From Actinomycetota bacterium (GTDB lineage Bacteria > Actinomycetota > Actinomycetes > S36-B12 > UBA10799): 64,000 bases of DNA. The stretch is taken from positions 130,331 to 194,330 of the forward strand of contig JACJWU010000005.1 in NCBI GenBank assembly GCA_020636995.1. Direction: 5' to 3'. A program made the position numbers and the translations under genes. Under the pieces are notes generated by a model, which was given only the letters and a program-made list of their open reading frames with translations, made no database searches and was not told the DNA's origin. Shown here one piece after another: positions 26,540 to 36,813 of the stretch; position 1 is the stretch's first letter; every line of letters begins with the position of its first letter.

Positions 26540-26637
26540 CGCGCGTGACGCGACACTGAGTCAGCGGTGACGCGAAGGTGAACAGACAACGACGCGCACG
26601 GGAAAGATCTCGGGTGTCACCGACAGTTCACCGCCAG
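26540..26637. promoter_or_regulatory. Candidate PhoP-type PHO boxes upstream of pstS
   Basis: On the pstS strand there are four consecutive 11-nt units, GTTCACCTTCG CGTCACCGCTG ACTCAGTGTCG CGTCACGCGCG (26583 down to 26540). On the other strand there are TGTCACCGACA GTTCACCGCCA (26615-26636). These resemble the GTTCACC-type direct-repeat units described for actinobacterial PhoP. Confidence 0.4.
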
Positions 26638-26708
26638 GCCCCGGCAGCGTGAGCGTTCCGTGATGAAAAGTGGCAGGATGCGGGCTCCACACTATGGCGA
26701 TCGTTCAT

Positions 26709-26757
26709 TGCTGCGCGGTTACGGATTTCAGGGCCCGAAACCCGTTACCGCGCAACA
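26709..26757 (+). repeat. Copy 1 of a dispersed long-stem hairpin (TGCGCGGTTAC ... GT(A/T)ACCGCGCA)
   Basis: TGCTGCGCGGTTACGG-atttcagggcccgaaac-CCGTTACCGCGCAACA lies immediately after the mutT1 stop (26776, minus strand). It aligns with the copies at 38914 and 61254, including the flanks (TTCAyTG ... GCAyTCAA). Confidence 0.7.
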
Positions 26758-26775
26758 ATCAACGGCGCGCACGGT

Positions 26776-27660
26776 TCAGAAGGCGTCGATGTGTTCCACC
26801 GCGGCCGACCCCCGGTGGAAGACGACCGCGGCGCCGGGGGCGAGTTCAGCGTCCGGCGACGACTCGAGTCCCAGGCGCTGTGCGATGTGCGCCACAAGGG
26901 TCGGCAGAACGGGACGGTGGGTGCACACCACGGCCGGAGCGCCGTCGCCGAGGATCTGGTCGACACGTTTCAGGGCAGCCGTCGGCGACGAGGCGAACCC
27001 CTCCTCACTGAGCAGGGGTTCGTGCGCGATCGTGGCGTGCATCTTGTGCGCGAAGGGCCGGACCGTGTCCAGGCAGCGCAACGAGTCCGACGAGTACACC
27101 TTCCGGACGCCGAAGGCTGCCAGGACATCCACGAGCCGGGCCGCGTGGGCCGCACCGTCGGCGGTCAACGGCCGCTCGGCGTCGACCGGGCCCTTGAAGT
27201 CGCTGCGCCGCATGGCATCGGCGTGGCGCAGGAGGATGAAGGGTGTCGTCACCGGCTGTATGAGCGCCTCCCGCACCAGATCACCGTCGCGGGGGTAGCT
27301 GAGCATGTCGATCGCCGGTTCGACCGGCAGCCACCGCAGTTCGTCGATCTCGCGGTTGGGGACGAAACCGGGCCCGCCGGGTCGCTCCCAGCCGACCCAG
27401 TAGTGCACCGTCTTGGGGCGGCTGTCCACCTTGTACTGCTGAGTGGTCAGCGGCACACCGAGCGCCACGTCGCTGCCGGTCTCCTCGATCGTCTCGCGGC
27501 GCGCAGCGATGATCTCGTTCTCACCCGGGTCGAGCTTCCCCTTGGGCAGCGACCAGTCGTTCTGCCGCGGCCGGTGCAGCACACACACCAGTGGCCGACC
27601 GGACTCCTCCCGCAGTAGCACGACGCCCGCAGCCCGGATGGGTGAGCTCGCCTTGGCCAT
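26776..27660 (-). CDS. mutT1: NUDIX hydrolase fused to a histidine-phosphatase (SixA-like) domain (MutT1 type, Rv2985-like)
   Basis: The Nudix box is GKLDPGENEIIAARRETIEETG. The C-terminal region ILLRHADAMRRSDF shows the RHA/G histidine-phosphatase motif. The ATG overlaps the upstream stop by 1 nt. Confidence 0.75.
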   Translation of the reverse strand: MAKASSPIRAAGVVLLREESGRPLVCVLHRPRQNDWSLPKGKLDPGENEIIAARRETIEETGSDVALGVPLTTQQYKVDSRPKTVHYWVGWERPGGPGFVPNREIDELRWLPVEPAIDMLSYPRDGDLVREALIQPVTTPFILLRHADAMRRSDFKGPVDAERPLTADGAAHAARLVDVLAAFGVRKVYSSDSLRCLDTVRPFAHKMHATIAHEPLLSEEGFASSPTAALKRVDQILGDGAPAVVCTHRPVLPTLVAHIAQRLGLESSPDAELAPGAAVVFHRGSAAVEHIDAF

Positions 27661-29375
27661 CAGCGCAGCCGGGCCTTCTTGTGGGCCTTGCGGACACCCG
27701 GCCAGATCTCCACGAAATCGTTGCGACAGAACAGTTCCTGCTCGAATTCGAATTCGTGCAGCAGCCCCAGGCTGAAACCCGACAGACCGTCGATCCCGTC
27801 ACCGGCGGCCAATGTCTTCAGTGTCTGCTGCGCGACCCAGGCGTCTTGGTGGTCACCGAGCACCTCGGTCACCTGCGACAGGGCCTTCGCGAAGCGCTTG
27901 ACGTGATCGCCCATCACCGGGGCCACCGCCTCGGCCGCGTACCTGGCCTTCTTGGCGCGGATACGCGCCTCGTGCCAGTCGTCCGACGGCCCGTCGAGGC
28001 GCAAGAGGTCGACTTCCTTCTTCAGCTTCTTCCACGCCTTGTCGACCAGGCCCGGCAGCACGTCCTCGGACGGGGCGTCGGCCACCTCGTTGAGGCGAGG
28101 GTTGCGGGCGCCGTCCACAAGCCGGTCCAGGAAGTCCCGGTAGCGCTGGGACACCATGGCCGCCAACGCGTGGTCGCGCGCATCGCGCCATTGGCTCGAC
28201 AGTGCCGGGTCCACCACGGCCCGGATCAGGCCGGAGAACTCCTCACCGACCTCATCGGCATGCAAGTCGATGCGGGCCTGCAGGACCTCGGTATCCCGGC
28301 TGACACCGAGCTCTCCGGCGATCCACCCGAGCTCCGTGCGCAACGCCTCGGCCCACTCGACGTCCAGCATGGGCTCGAAGGCCTTCAGTCCGCTACGCAG
28401 CCGGCGTGCGGCCACCCGCATCTGGTGCACGCTGTCAGGCAGGTCGCGACGCACCCGCACGTCCTGCATCAAGAAGGCGCGGGTGTGCCGGCGGATGTGG
28501 GCCGTGACGGCAGCCCCCGCAGGGTCCTCAGGTGCCACGATCTGCGGCTCCGGCACATCCGGCGGTTCCTGGGTGACCGGACCAAGCGCAGTCATCGCCT
28601 TCGGGGTGGACCCGGCCACCGCACCCACCGCCTCGAGCGCCTCGACGATCGGCGCCAACGCCGCACCCGGGACCAATGCCTCCACCTCGAGTTCGCGGAA
28701 ACGCGCGGCGATGTGCTCGCCGTCGAGCACCGACACGGTGTCGTCGACGAGTTCCGCGAAGGCCTGTCCGTCGGGACCGTACAGCACGTAGGGGGTGCGC
28801 TCGGTGCGCAAGGCCGCCACCTCCCGCAGAGGTGCGTTGCGAGTGAAGGCCGTCACCAACTCGGCGAGCTCCCGCGGCACGTCACCGGGGGCACCTGCGC
28901 TGAGCGGCAGCCGCACCTCTTCTCGGGCACCTTCATGACCCTCGACCGGCAGTTTGAGATGCCAGCCCTCGTCGTCGCCGCCCTCACGCCGGCGCAGGGT
29001 GACCCCCCAGCGGGCCAGCCGCAGATCGTCGGTGTCGTGGTAGACCGCCGTCATCGTCCGCGTGATCTGTCGTTTGGCCCGGGAGACACCCGCGGAGGTC
29101 AGTGTGAGATCGGGAAGGCGGAACAACCCGTGTACACGCAGTTTGCGCTCCACTTCCAGCACCGTGACCGGTTCGTCGGGCACGTCGACCTCATACACCT
29201 GGGGAGGCTCGAGGCCGGCTTCGGCATGGTCGATAGTCACCACGTCCACGGGCGGGGTCACTTCCACGGCGTCCTCCGGCGGCGGGAAGATGTCGTCCTC
29301 GGGATCGTCGGGCAACTGTGCGGCGCGGGTGTCAGGTGGGGTCGGATCCTCGAAGTCGCCGCCCGCCTGATCCAT
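27660..29375 (-). CDS. CYTH domain / CHAD domain protein
   Basis: The N-terminal VERKLRV (ExExK-type CYTH start) is followed by a long helical CHAD region (VHQMRVAARRLRSGLKAF, HEARIRAKKARYAAE). I prefer the ATG at 29375 because GGAGG lies 6-7 nt upstream. An alternative GTG is at 29387. Confidence 0.75.
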   Translation of the reverse strand: MDQAGGDFEDPTPPDTRAAQLPDDPEDDIFPPPEDAVEVTPPVDVVTIDHAEAGLEPPQVYEVDVPDEPVTVLEVERKLRVHGLFRLPDLTLTSAGVSRAKRQITRTMTAVYHDTDDLRLARWGVTLRRREGGDDEGWHLKLPVEGHEGAREEVRLPLSAGAPGDVPRELAELVTAFTRNAPLREVAALRTERTPYVLYGPDGQAFAELVDDTVSVLDGEHIAARFRELEVEALVPGAALAPIVEALEAVGAVAGSTPKAMTALGPVTQEPPDVPEPQIVAPEDPAGAAVTAHIRRHTRAFLMQDVRVRRDLPDSVHQMRVAARRLRSGLKAFEPMLDVEWAEALRTELGWIAGELGVSRDTEVLQARIDLHADEVGEEFSGLIRAVVDPALSSQWRDARDHALAAMVSQRYRDFLDRLVDGARNPRLNEVADAPSEDVLPGLVDKAWKKLKKEVDLLRLDGPSDDWHEARIRAKKARYAAEAVAPVMGDHVKRFAKALSQVTEVLGDHQDAWVAQQTLKTLAAGDGIDGLSGFSLGLLHEFEFEQELFCRNDFVEIWPGVRKAHKKARLR

Positions 29376-29376
29376 C

Positions 29377-31473
<2,097 letters not shown>

Positions 31474-31506
31474 GCCCCAAGGTTGCCAGAAAGCCGCGAA
31501 TCGCGG

Positions 31507-32421
31507 CTAATCGGTCTGCTCCGCCTGCCGAGCCGGCAGCGCGAATTGCACGTCGCAGTCGGCGCACGCGAATCCGAGCCGTTCGTACATCGCCACGGCA
31601 CCGGCGTTGCGCAGGTCGACGTACAGCATGACCGTCCGCAGCCCCAGACCCCGCAGGTAGTGCAGGCCCTGCATCGTGAGTGCCGAGCCCAGTCCGGTTC
31701 CGCGGGCACGACGCGCCACCGCCAGCACGTAGACCTCGCCGGTGCGCTCATGTGCGTGGGCGGCACCACCATGGACCTTCGTCCAGTGGAATCCGACGAG
31801 CCCGTGCTCGTCGAAGGCCAGCAGGAAACCCTCCGGGTCGAACCACGATTGGGCCAGTCGCTCCGACAGATCGGCGGCGGCCCAGGAGCCCTGGTCCGGT
31901 AGATCCACGAAGGCCTCCGCGTTCAGTGCCAGCCATGCCGGAGCATCGTCGGGCTCGAAACGTCTCACGCTGACCCCCTCCGGCATGCGCACCTGCGGGA
32001 TATCCGTCAGGGACCGGGTGTAGCGACACAGTCTGCGCACCGGACGCATGCCGGCGTGCGTCGCGATGGACTCCGCGGCTGGCAGTTGGCCGTGGGCCCA
32101 GATCCGCACGCGGGATCCCCCGGCCTCAAGGATCTCGGCGAGCATGCGCGACCCCAGGCCCCGACCGCGTGCGGCCGGGTCGACCAGGAACTCCGCGACG
32201 GGTTCCTCGCCCGCCGAGACGAAGGCATAGCCGACGATCCGCCCGTCCTCCCGGACCACGCCGTGCCGATCCTCCCCGCTGCCGCCGGCGAGGAGATGCA
32301 GGTACGTGTGCTCGCTCAGCGAAGAGACCCCGTCCGCGGCGCTGACGCGGTCGAGCATCGCGTCGATGGCCGTGATGTCCTGCGGGCGGACGCCGTCCAG
32401 CCACTCGATGGCCGGCGTCAT
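31507..32421 (-). CDS. mshD: Mycothiol synthase (two GNAT domains)
   Basis: [43 protein letters not shown]. It has tandem acetyltransferase domains with [10 protein letters not shown] and [10 protein letters not shown]. It is 304 aa. Confidence 0.8.
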   Translation of the reverse strand: MTPAIEWLDGVRPQDITAIDAMLDRVSAADGVSSLSEHTYLHLLAGGSGEDRHGVVREDGRIVGYAFVSAGEEPVAEFLVDPAARGRGLGSRMLAEILEAGGSRVRIWAHGQLPAAESIATHAGMRPVRRLCRYTRSLTDIPQVRMPEGVSVRRFEPDDAPAWLALNAEAFVDLPDQGSWAAADLSERLAQSWFDPEGFLLAFDEHGLVGFHWTKVHGGAAHAHERTGEVYVLAVARRARGTGLGSALTMQGLHYLRGLGLRTVMLYVDLRNAGAVAMYERLGFACADCDVQFALPARQAEQTD

Positions 32422-33116
32422 TCGCTGAACTCGGGCTCACGCTCCGAGCGGGGCGGCACCAGCCGGTATCCGACGTTGCGTACGGTACCGATCAGGGCCT
32501 CGTGCTCCGGGCCCAGTTTGGCGCGCAGGCGACGGACGTGGACGTCGACTGTACGCGTGCCACCGAAGTAGTCGTAACCCCAGACCTCCTGCAACAACTG
32601 CTGGCGGGTGAAGACCCGGCCGGGGTGCTGCGAAAGGTACTTGAGCAGCTCGAACTCCTTGTACGTCAGGTCGAGCACGCGGCCACGGACGGTCGCGGTG
32701 TAGCTGCCCTCATCGATGAGCAGTTCCCCGTGCCGGATCTCCGGCTCGTCCGCCTGCTCGGCGTCGGCGAGGCGCCCGAGCGCGAGCCGGAAGCGGGCTT
32801 CCACCTCGCCAGGACCGGCGGCCTCGAGCAGTATGTCGTCCACCCCCCAGTCGGGCGAGACCGCAGCCAGTCCGCCCTCGCTGATGATGAGGATCACGGG
32901 CAGGTCGGACCCCGTAGCCCGAAGAACCCGGCACAACGAGCGGGCACCGGGTAGATCCCGGCGGCCATCGACCAGCAGCAGGTCACCGGCCGGCGCATCG
33001 ATCAGGGCGGCGGCTTCGGCGGGCAGAACCCGCACCTGGTGGCTGAGCAGTCCGAGCGCGGGCAGCACATGATCGCTGGGCTCGACCGCATCGGTCATCA
33101 GCAGAACACTGCTCAT
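32418..33116 (-). CDS. glnR: Orphan OmpR-family response regulator of the GlnR type
   Basis: [34 protein letters not shown]...[20 protein letters not shown]...[16 protein letters not shown] closely follows the N-terminal pattern I recall for actinobacterial GlnR. The C-terminal winged helix is [12 protein letters not shown]...[12 protein letters not shown]. Confidence 0.7.
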   Translation of the reverse strand: MSSVLLMTDAVEPSDHVLPALGLLSHQVRVLPAEAAALIDAPAGDLLLVDGRRDLPGARSLCRVLRATGSDLPVILIISEGGLAAVSPDWGVDDILLEAAGPGEVEARFRLALGRLADAEQADEPEIRHGELLIDEGSYTATVRGRVLDLTYKEFELLKYLSQHPGRVFTRQQLLQEVWGYDYFGGTRTVDVHVRRLRAKLGPEHEALIGTVRNVGYRLVPPRSEREPEFSE

Positions 33117-33193
33117 CGGCCACCTCCGGACCTCTCCCACGATATTGCAGAAGGGGCGCGGGGCATCGCGGGCGGTCGGGTTCTGGACGAACC

Positions 33194-33613
33194 TCAGGCA
33201 GGCATCGCCTCGCCGAGGGCCGCGATGACATCGGCCTTGCGCGGCTGGCCGGAGGCACGTCGCACGATGGCGCCCCCCGCGTCGAGCACGAGGACGGTCG
33301 GCGTGCGGGAGATGTTCAACTCACGGGCAAGGTCGAGGTGCTGCTCGACATCGAGATCCACATGTTTGACGCCGGGCACCATCTGCGCGACCTCATCGAG
33401 GATGCGGCGGGTTGCTCGGCAGGGGGCGCAGAACGCCGACGTGAACTGGACCAGGGTCGCCTGCTCCCCGAGACGGTCACCGATCTGCGCGGCGGACAGG
33501 CGCGACGTGTCAGCGCGCGCACTCGATCTCATCCGACCGTCAGCAGCACGCCGCCAGACACCGAAAACGCCCAGCAAGACCGCGATGGCGGCCAGGATCA
33601 TGATTCCCGACAT
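33194..33613 (-). CDS. Membrane-anchored thioredoxin-fold protein (CxxC)
   Basis: [20 protein letters not shown] acts as a TM anchor. [12 protein letters not shown] carries the CxxC motif. The ORF opens at 33706, and I chose the start at 33613. Confidence 0.7.
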   Translation of the reverse strand: MSGIMILAAIAVLLGVFGVWRRAADGRMRSSARADTSRLSAAQIGDRLGEQATLVQFTSAFCAPCRATRRILDEVAQMVPGVKHVDLDVEQHLDLARELNISRTPTVLVLDAGGAIVRRASGQPRKADVIAALGEAMPA

Positions 33614-33750
33614 GTTGGGCTCAACACCTCCCGCTACCACGACATTCCCCACCGGCCACGTACTCTGGAACCAGTGATCATCTCCGTGGGAATGCCTGAG
33701 GTGCAATTCAGGTTCTCCACCATACTCCCCCCACTTCCCGAGAGGTACCA

Positions 33751-34236
33751 GTGATAGATCCCCGCGGCACCCGGTTCTCCGCCGCCATCACCGTCATTGT
33801 GCTGGCCCTGGTCATCCTCACAGCGCCCGGCGGCATCGCCACCGCGCTGTTGAGTCTGCAGACATTGGTCTTCGCGTTCGGCGCGATCCTCGGGCCCAGC
33901 CACCAGCCCTACGGCTGGCTGTTCAAGAAACTCGTCCGTCCTCGGCTCAAGGCGCCGAGCCACATGGAGGAGCCGCTGCCACCGCAGTTCGCCCAGGCCG
34001 TGGGGCTCGGCTTCGCACTCGCCGCGAGCGTCAGCATGCTGCTGGCTTGGACCCTCGGCGTGTACATCTTCGCCGGTTTCGCGCTCTTCGCCGCGGCGCT
34101 GAACGCACTGTTCGGCTTCTGCCTTGGGTGCGAGATCTACCTGCGTATCCGCAAGTTCATCCCCGTCGCCGCAATCCCGGCACCTGCCCGCGATTCGATC
34201 CTCGATCTGACCGACGACACGCACTCGCGGGTCTGA
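33751..34236 (+). CDS. DUF4395-family membrane protein
   Basis: MIDPRGTRFSAAITVIVLALV...FAAALNALFGFCLGCEIY fits the DUF4395 pattern. Confidence 0.7.
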   Translation: MIDPRGTRFSAAITVIVLALVILTAPGGIATALLSLQTLVFAFGAILGPSHQPYGWLFKKLVRPRLKAPSHMEEPLPPQFAQAVGLGFALAASVSMLLAWTLGVYIFAGFALFAAALNALFGFCLGCEIYLRIRKFIPVAAIPAPARDSILDLTDDTHSRV

Positions 34237-34237
34237 C

Positions 34238-34582
34238 GTGCGCTCTCTGGTGGTGAAGCTGACCACCGACGACCCGGAGAAGGTAGCGGCTGCGTTGACT
34301 GTGGCGATGACGGCCGCAGCGGCCGGCGCGCAGGTCGCCCTGTGGTTGTCCGGCCCGGCCACGATGTTCGCCGTGCCCGGCAAGGAGCCCCCGTACGACC
34401 TCGAGTACGCCCCCGACCTCGACACGGCGCTGTCCAGCGTGTCCGAGGTACATGTCTGCAGCCAGTGCGCTGCCAGGCGTGGGGTCACCGCCGGTCACCT
34501 GCGCCCCGGGGCCGACATCGCCGGCGCTGCAAGCCTGGTGGAAGCGCTGCTCGCAGATGGCGCGCAGGCGGTTGTGTACTGA
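34238..34582 (+). CDS. DsrE/DsrF-like family protein
   Basis: A 114-aa ORF that starts 2 nt after the DUF4395 stop. VVKLTTDDPEKVAAALTVAMTAAAAGAQVALWL...VHVCSQCAARRG resembles DsrE-fold proteins. Confidence 0.55.
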   Translation: MRSLVVKLTTDDPEKVAAALTVAMTAAAAGAQVALWLSGPATMFAVPGKEPPYDLEYAPDLDTALSSVSEVHVCSQCAARRGVTAGHLRPGADIAGAASLVEALLADGAQAVVY

Positions 34583-34597
34583 CGGCGCGGCAGGCCG

Positions 34598-34745
34598 TCC
34601 GATGGGGTTCAGGGACCGACGAACCCCACCCAACGGCGGCTGGGTCCGGCCCCGCGCCCAGGACGACCGATGGGGTTCAGGTAGACCGGTGGGGTTCAGC
34701 GCCGCACGAACCCCACGCACCGCTTCCCGACACCCCGAACCCCGA
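34598..34745. repeat. Intergenic array of direct and inverted copies of GGGGTTCAG / GAACCCC
   Basis: Forward GGGGTTCAG is at 34603, 34671 and 34690 (the last two are 19 bp apart). Inverted GAACCCC is at 34620, 34707 and 34736. Confidence 0.7.
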
Positions 34746-34786
34746 CTGGCAAAGACGGTCCTGCCGGCACCGACTAGTCTGGCACC

Positions 34787-34885
34787 ATGACCGAGATCTT
34801 CTTCACATCTCTGCTCGTGCTGGTCAGCGTGGTCATCGTGTGGTTCTCCGTGTACGTCGTCTACCGCCTCTTCAAGAGCGAGTAG
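34787..34885 (+). CDS. Candidate 32-aa single-pass membrane peptide (below the ORF-track cut-off)
   Basis: ATG at 34787 gives MTEIFFTSLLVLVSVVIVWFSVYVVYRLFKSE followed by a stop. The TAG stop overlaps the GTG start of the next gene by 1 nt (TAGTG). Confidence 0.45.
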   Translation: MTEIFFTSLLVLVSVVIVWFSVYVVYRLFKSE

Positions 34886-35394
34886 TGGACCTTCCCGAGG
34901 AGGTACTGCCGCTGTCCTGGCTCCTCGGCCAGTGGGTCGGCGTAGGTACCGGCCAATACCCCACGATCGACGATTTCCGTTTCGGCCAGGAGTTGTCGTT
35001 CACCTGCGATGGCCGTCCCTTCATCGCGATGCACTCCCGATCCTGGATCCTGGATGACGACGGGAATCGGCAGCGCCCGGGTGCGACGGAATCGGCCTAC
35101 TTCCGTCCTCGTCCCGACAACGAGTTCGAGGCGCTCTTCGCGCACCCCACCGGCTACACCGAGGTGTGGCACGGGAAGGTGACGGTCTCCGAGATCCTCG
35201 ATGCGACGATCACCCGCGCAAGCTTGGAAATGACCACGGACTCGGTGATGCGCACGGCGAGCGCCAAGGAGTATCTCGGCGGGCAAAGACTCTATGGCCT
35301 GGCTCCCGACGGCGATCTCGCATGGACGTTCGACATGGCCGCTGTCGGAGAACCATTGGGCAACCATCTGGCGGCCAAGTTGAAGCGCGTGTGA
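34885..35394 (+). CDS. FABP-like / nitrobindin-type beta-barrel protein (DUF1794, Rv0813c-like)
   Basis: In frame within ORF 34342..35394. LSWLLGQWVGVGTGQYPTIDDFRFGQELSFTCDGRPF...YFRPRP...HPTGYTEVWHG is present. The start is the GTG at 34885. Confidence 0.75.
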   Translation: MDLPEEVLPLSWLLGQWVGVGTGQYPTIDDFRFGQELSFTCDGRPFIAMHSRSWILDDDGNRQRPGATESAYFRPRPDNEFEALFAHPTGYTEVWHGKVTVSEILDATITRASLEMTTDSVMRTASAKEYLGGQRLYGLAPDGDLAWTFDMAAVGEPLGNHLAAKLKRV

Positions 35395-35792
35395 GCCAGC
35401 GTTTCGAATCCCTTCTTCGGGAACACGGCTATCGCCTCACCCCCCAACGGCGGGAGGTGTGGGAAACGGTCGAGCGACTGCGCCACGCCACGCCGGACCA
35501 GATCGTCGCCGAGGTTCCCGACGTGGACCACTCAACGGTGTACCGCGCGCTCGACGTGCTCGTGGAGGTCGGCTTGATCAGCCACACGCACATCGGGCAC
35601 GGACCGCCGGTGTACCACGCGGTCGATCCCACCCCCCATCTGCACCTGGTGTGCCAGCGCTGCGGCGCGCAGTCCAGCGCGGACATGAGGCTGGCCGACG
35701 GCCTCCTGGCCGCGCTCGATCGGGACCACGGATTCCGGGCGGATCTCGCCTACATGGCACTGCCCGGACTGTGCGCCGACTGCCGTGAATGA
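35391..35792 (+). CDS. Fur-family metalloregulator
   Basis: LREHGYRLTPQRREVWETVERL...HSTVYRALDVLVEVGLI...HLHLVCQRCG...CADC is present. The GTG start overlaps the upstream stop (GTGTGA). Confidence 0.8.
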   Translation: MSQRFESLLREHGYRLTPQRREVWETVERLRHATPDQIVAEVPDVDHSTVYRALDVLVEVGLISHTHIGHGPPVYHAVDPTPHLHLVCQRCGAQSSADMRLADGLLAALDRDHGFRADLAYMALPGLCADCRE

Positions 35793-36756
35793 ATCCGGCC
35801 CGCCCGATGTTGCACCAGGCATGACACACTTCGGGGATCCATTCGCGGAGCAGAGGCTGTTGGCCACGGGCGACGGCTGGGTGGCGATGCCTGACCGCGC
35901 GGTCCTGAAGCTCACGGGCGCCGACCGCATCACATGGCTCGACTCATTGACGTCCCACCGGATCGCGTCCGGCGTCTCGACGCAGGCACTCATCCTCGAC
36001 CCCAACGGTCACGTCGAATACGACCTGCATGTCATCGATACCGGCGATGCCACATGGCTGATCGTCGATGCCGCGACCGTCGATGCCCTGCACATGTATC
36101 TGGACCGCATGCGCTTCCTGGCCGACGTTCTTGTCACGGATGTGAGCGACACCCACGACGTGGTATGGGTGCCGCGCCGGGAACAATACCCGGGCCTGCC
36201 GACGTGGCTCGTGCCGGCCGAATACGCGGGCGTGGGCACCACGGAGTCCGGCGAGGACCGCGGCGGCACTGCCGACAAGTACGTTCCCTCCCGACCCGGC
36301 CTGCTGATCGGCGCTGAGGTGGTCTTCCCTCGAGGGGAACGCCCGGCCGGCCCCGAATGCGGGACGTGGGCTCTACGCGCCCTTCGCATCGCCGCCGGGG
36401 TGCCCGAGGTGGGCGCCGACACCGATCACAAGTCGCTGCCCCACGAACTCGGACTGATCGGGCCAGCCGTCCACTTGGCCAAGGGCTGCTATCGCGGACA
36501 GGAGACGGTGGCCCGGCTGCACAACATGGGCCGCCCACCCCGCCGACTCGTGCTGCTGCATTTCGACGGCGCCCTGCCCGACCCCGGCGCCGAGGTTCTT
36601 GCCGGGGATCGGATCGTGGGCACGGTCGGTTCCGTGGCACAGCACCACGAACTCGGACCCATCGGACTCGCGGTGATCAAGCGTTCCGTTCCAGTGGAGG
36701 CGGCGTTGTCCGTCGAGGGGATCGACGCCTCCCAGGAACCGGTGGTCGCACCCTGA
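35785..36756 (+). CDS. ygfZ: Folate-binding protein YgfZ (GcvT-like)
   Basis: HFGDPFAEQRLLATGDGWVAMPDRAVLKLTGADRITWLDSLTSHRI...KGCYRGQETVARLHNMG is present. The GTG at 35785 overlaps the fur stop by 8 nt. An alternative ATG is at 35821. Confidence 0.8.
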   Translation: MNESGPPDVAPGMTHFGDPFAEQRLLATGDGWVAMPDRAVLKLTGADRITWLDSLTSHRIASGVSTQALILDPNGHVEYDLHVIDTGDATWLIVDAATVDALHMYLDRMRFLADVLVTDVSDTHDVVWVPRREQYPGLPTWLVPAEYAGVGTTESGEDRGGTADKYVPSRPGLLIGAEVVFPRGERPAGPECGTWALRALRIAAGVPEVGADTDHKSLPHELGLIGPAVHLAKGCYRGQETVARLHNMGRPPRRLVLLHFDGALPDPGAEVLAGDRIVGTVGSVAQHHELGPIGLAVIKRSVPVEAALSVEGIDASQEPVVAP

Positions 36757-36813
36757 AGGCCGGCGAATGTCGCATAATGTGTCCGGGCTGGAGAAGCGCT
36801 GTAGTGTCCGTCA

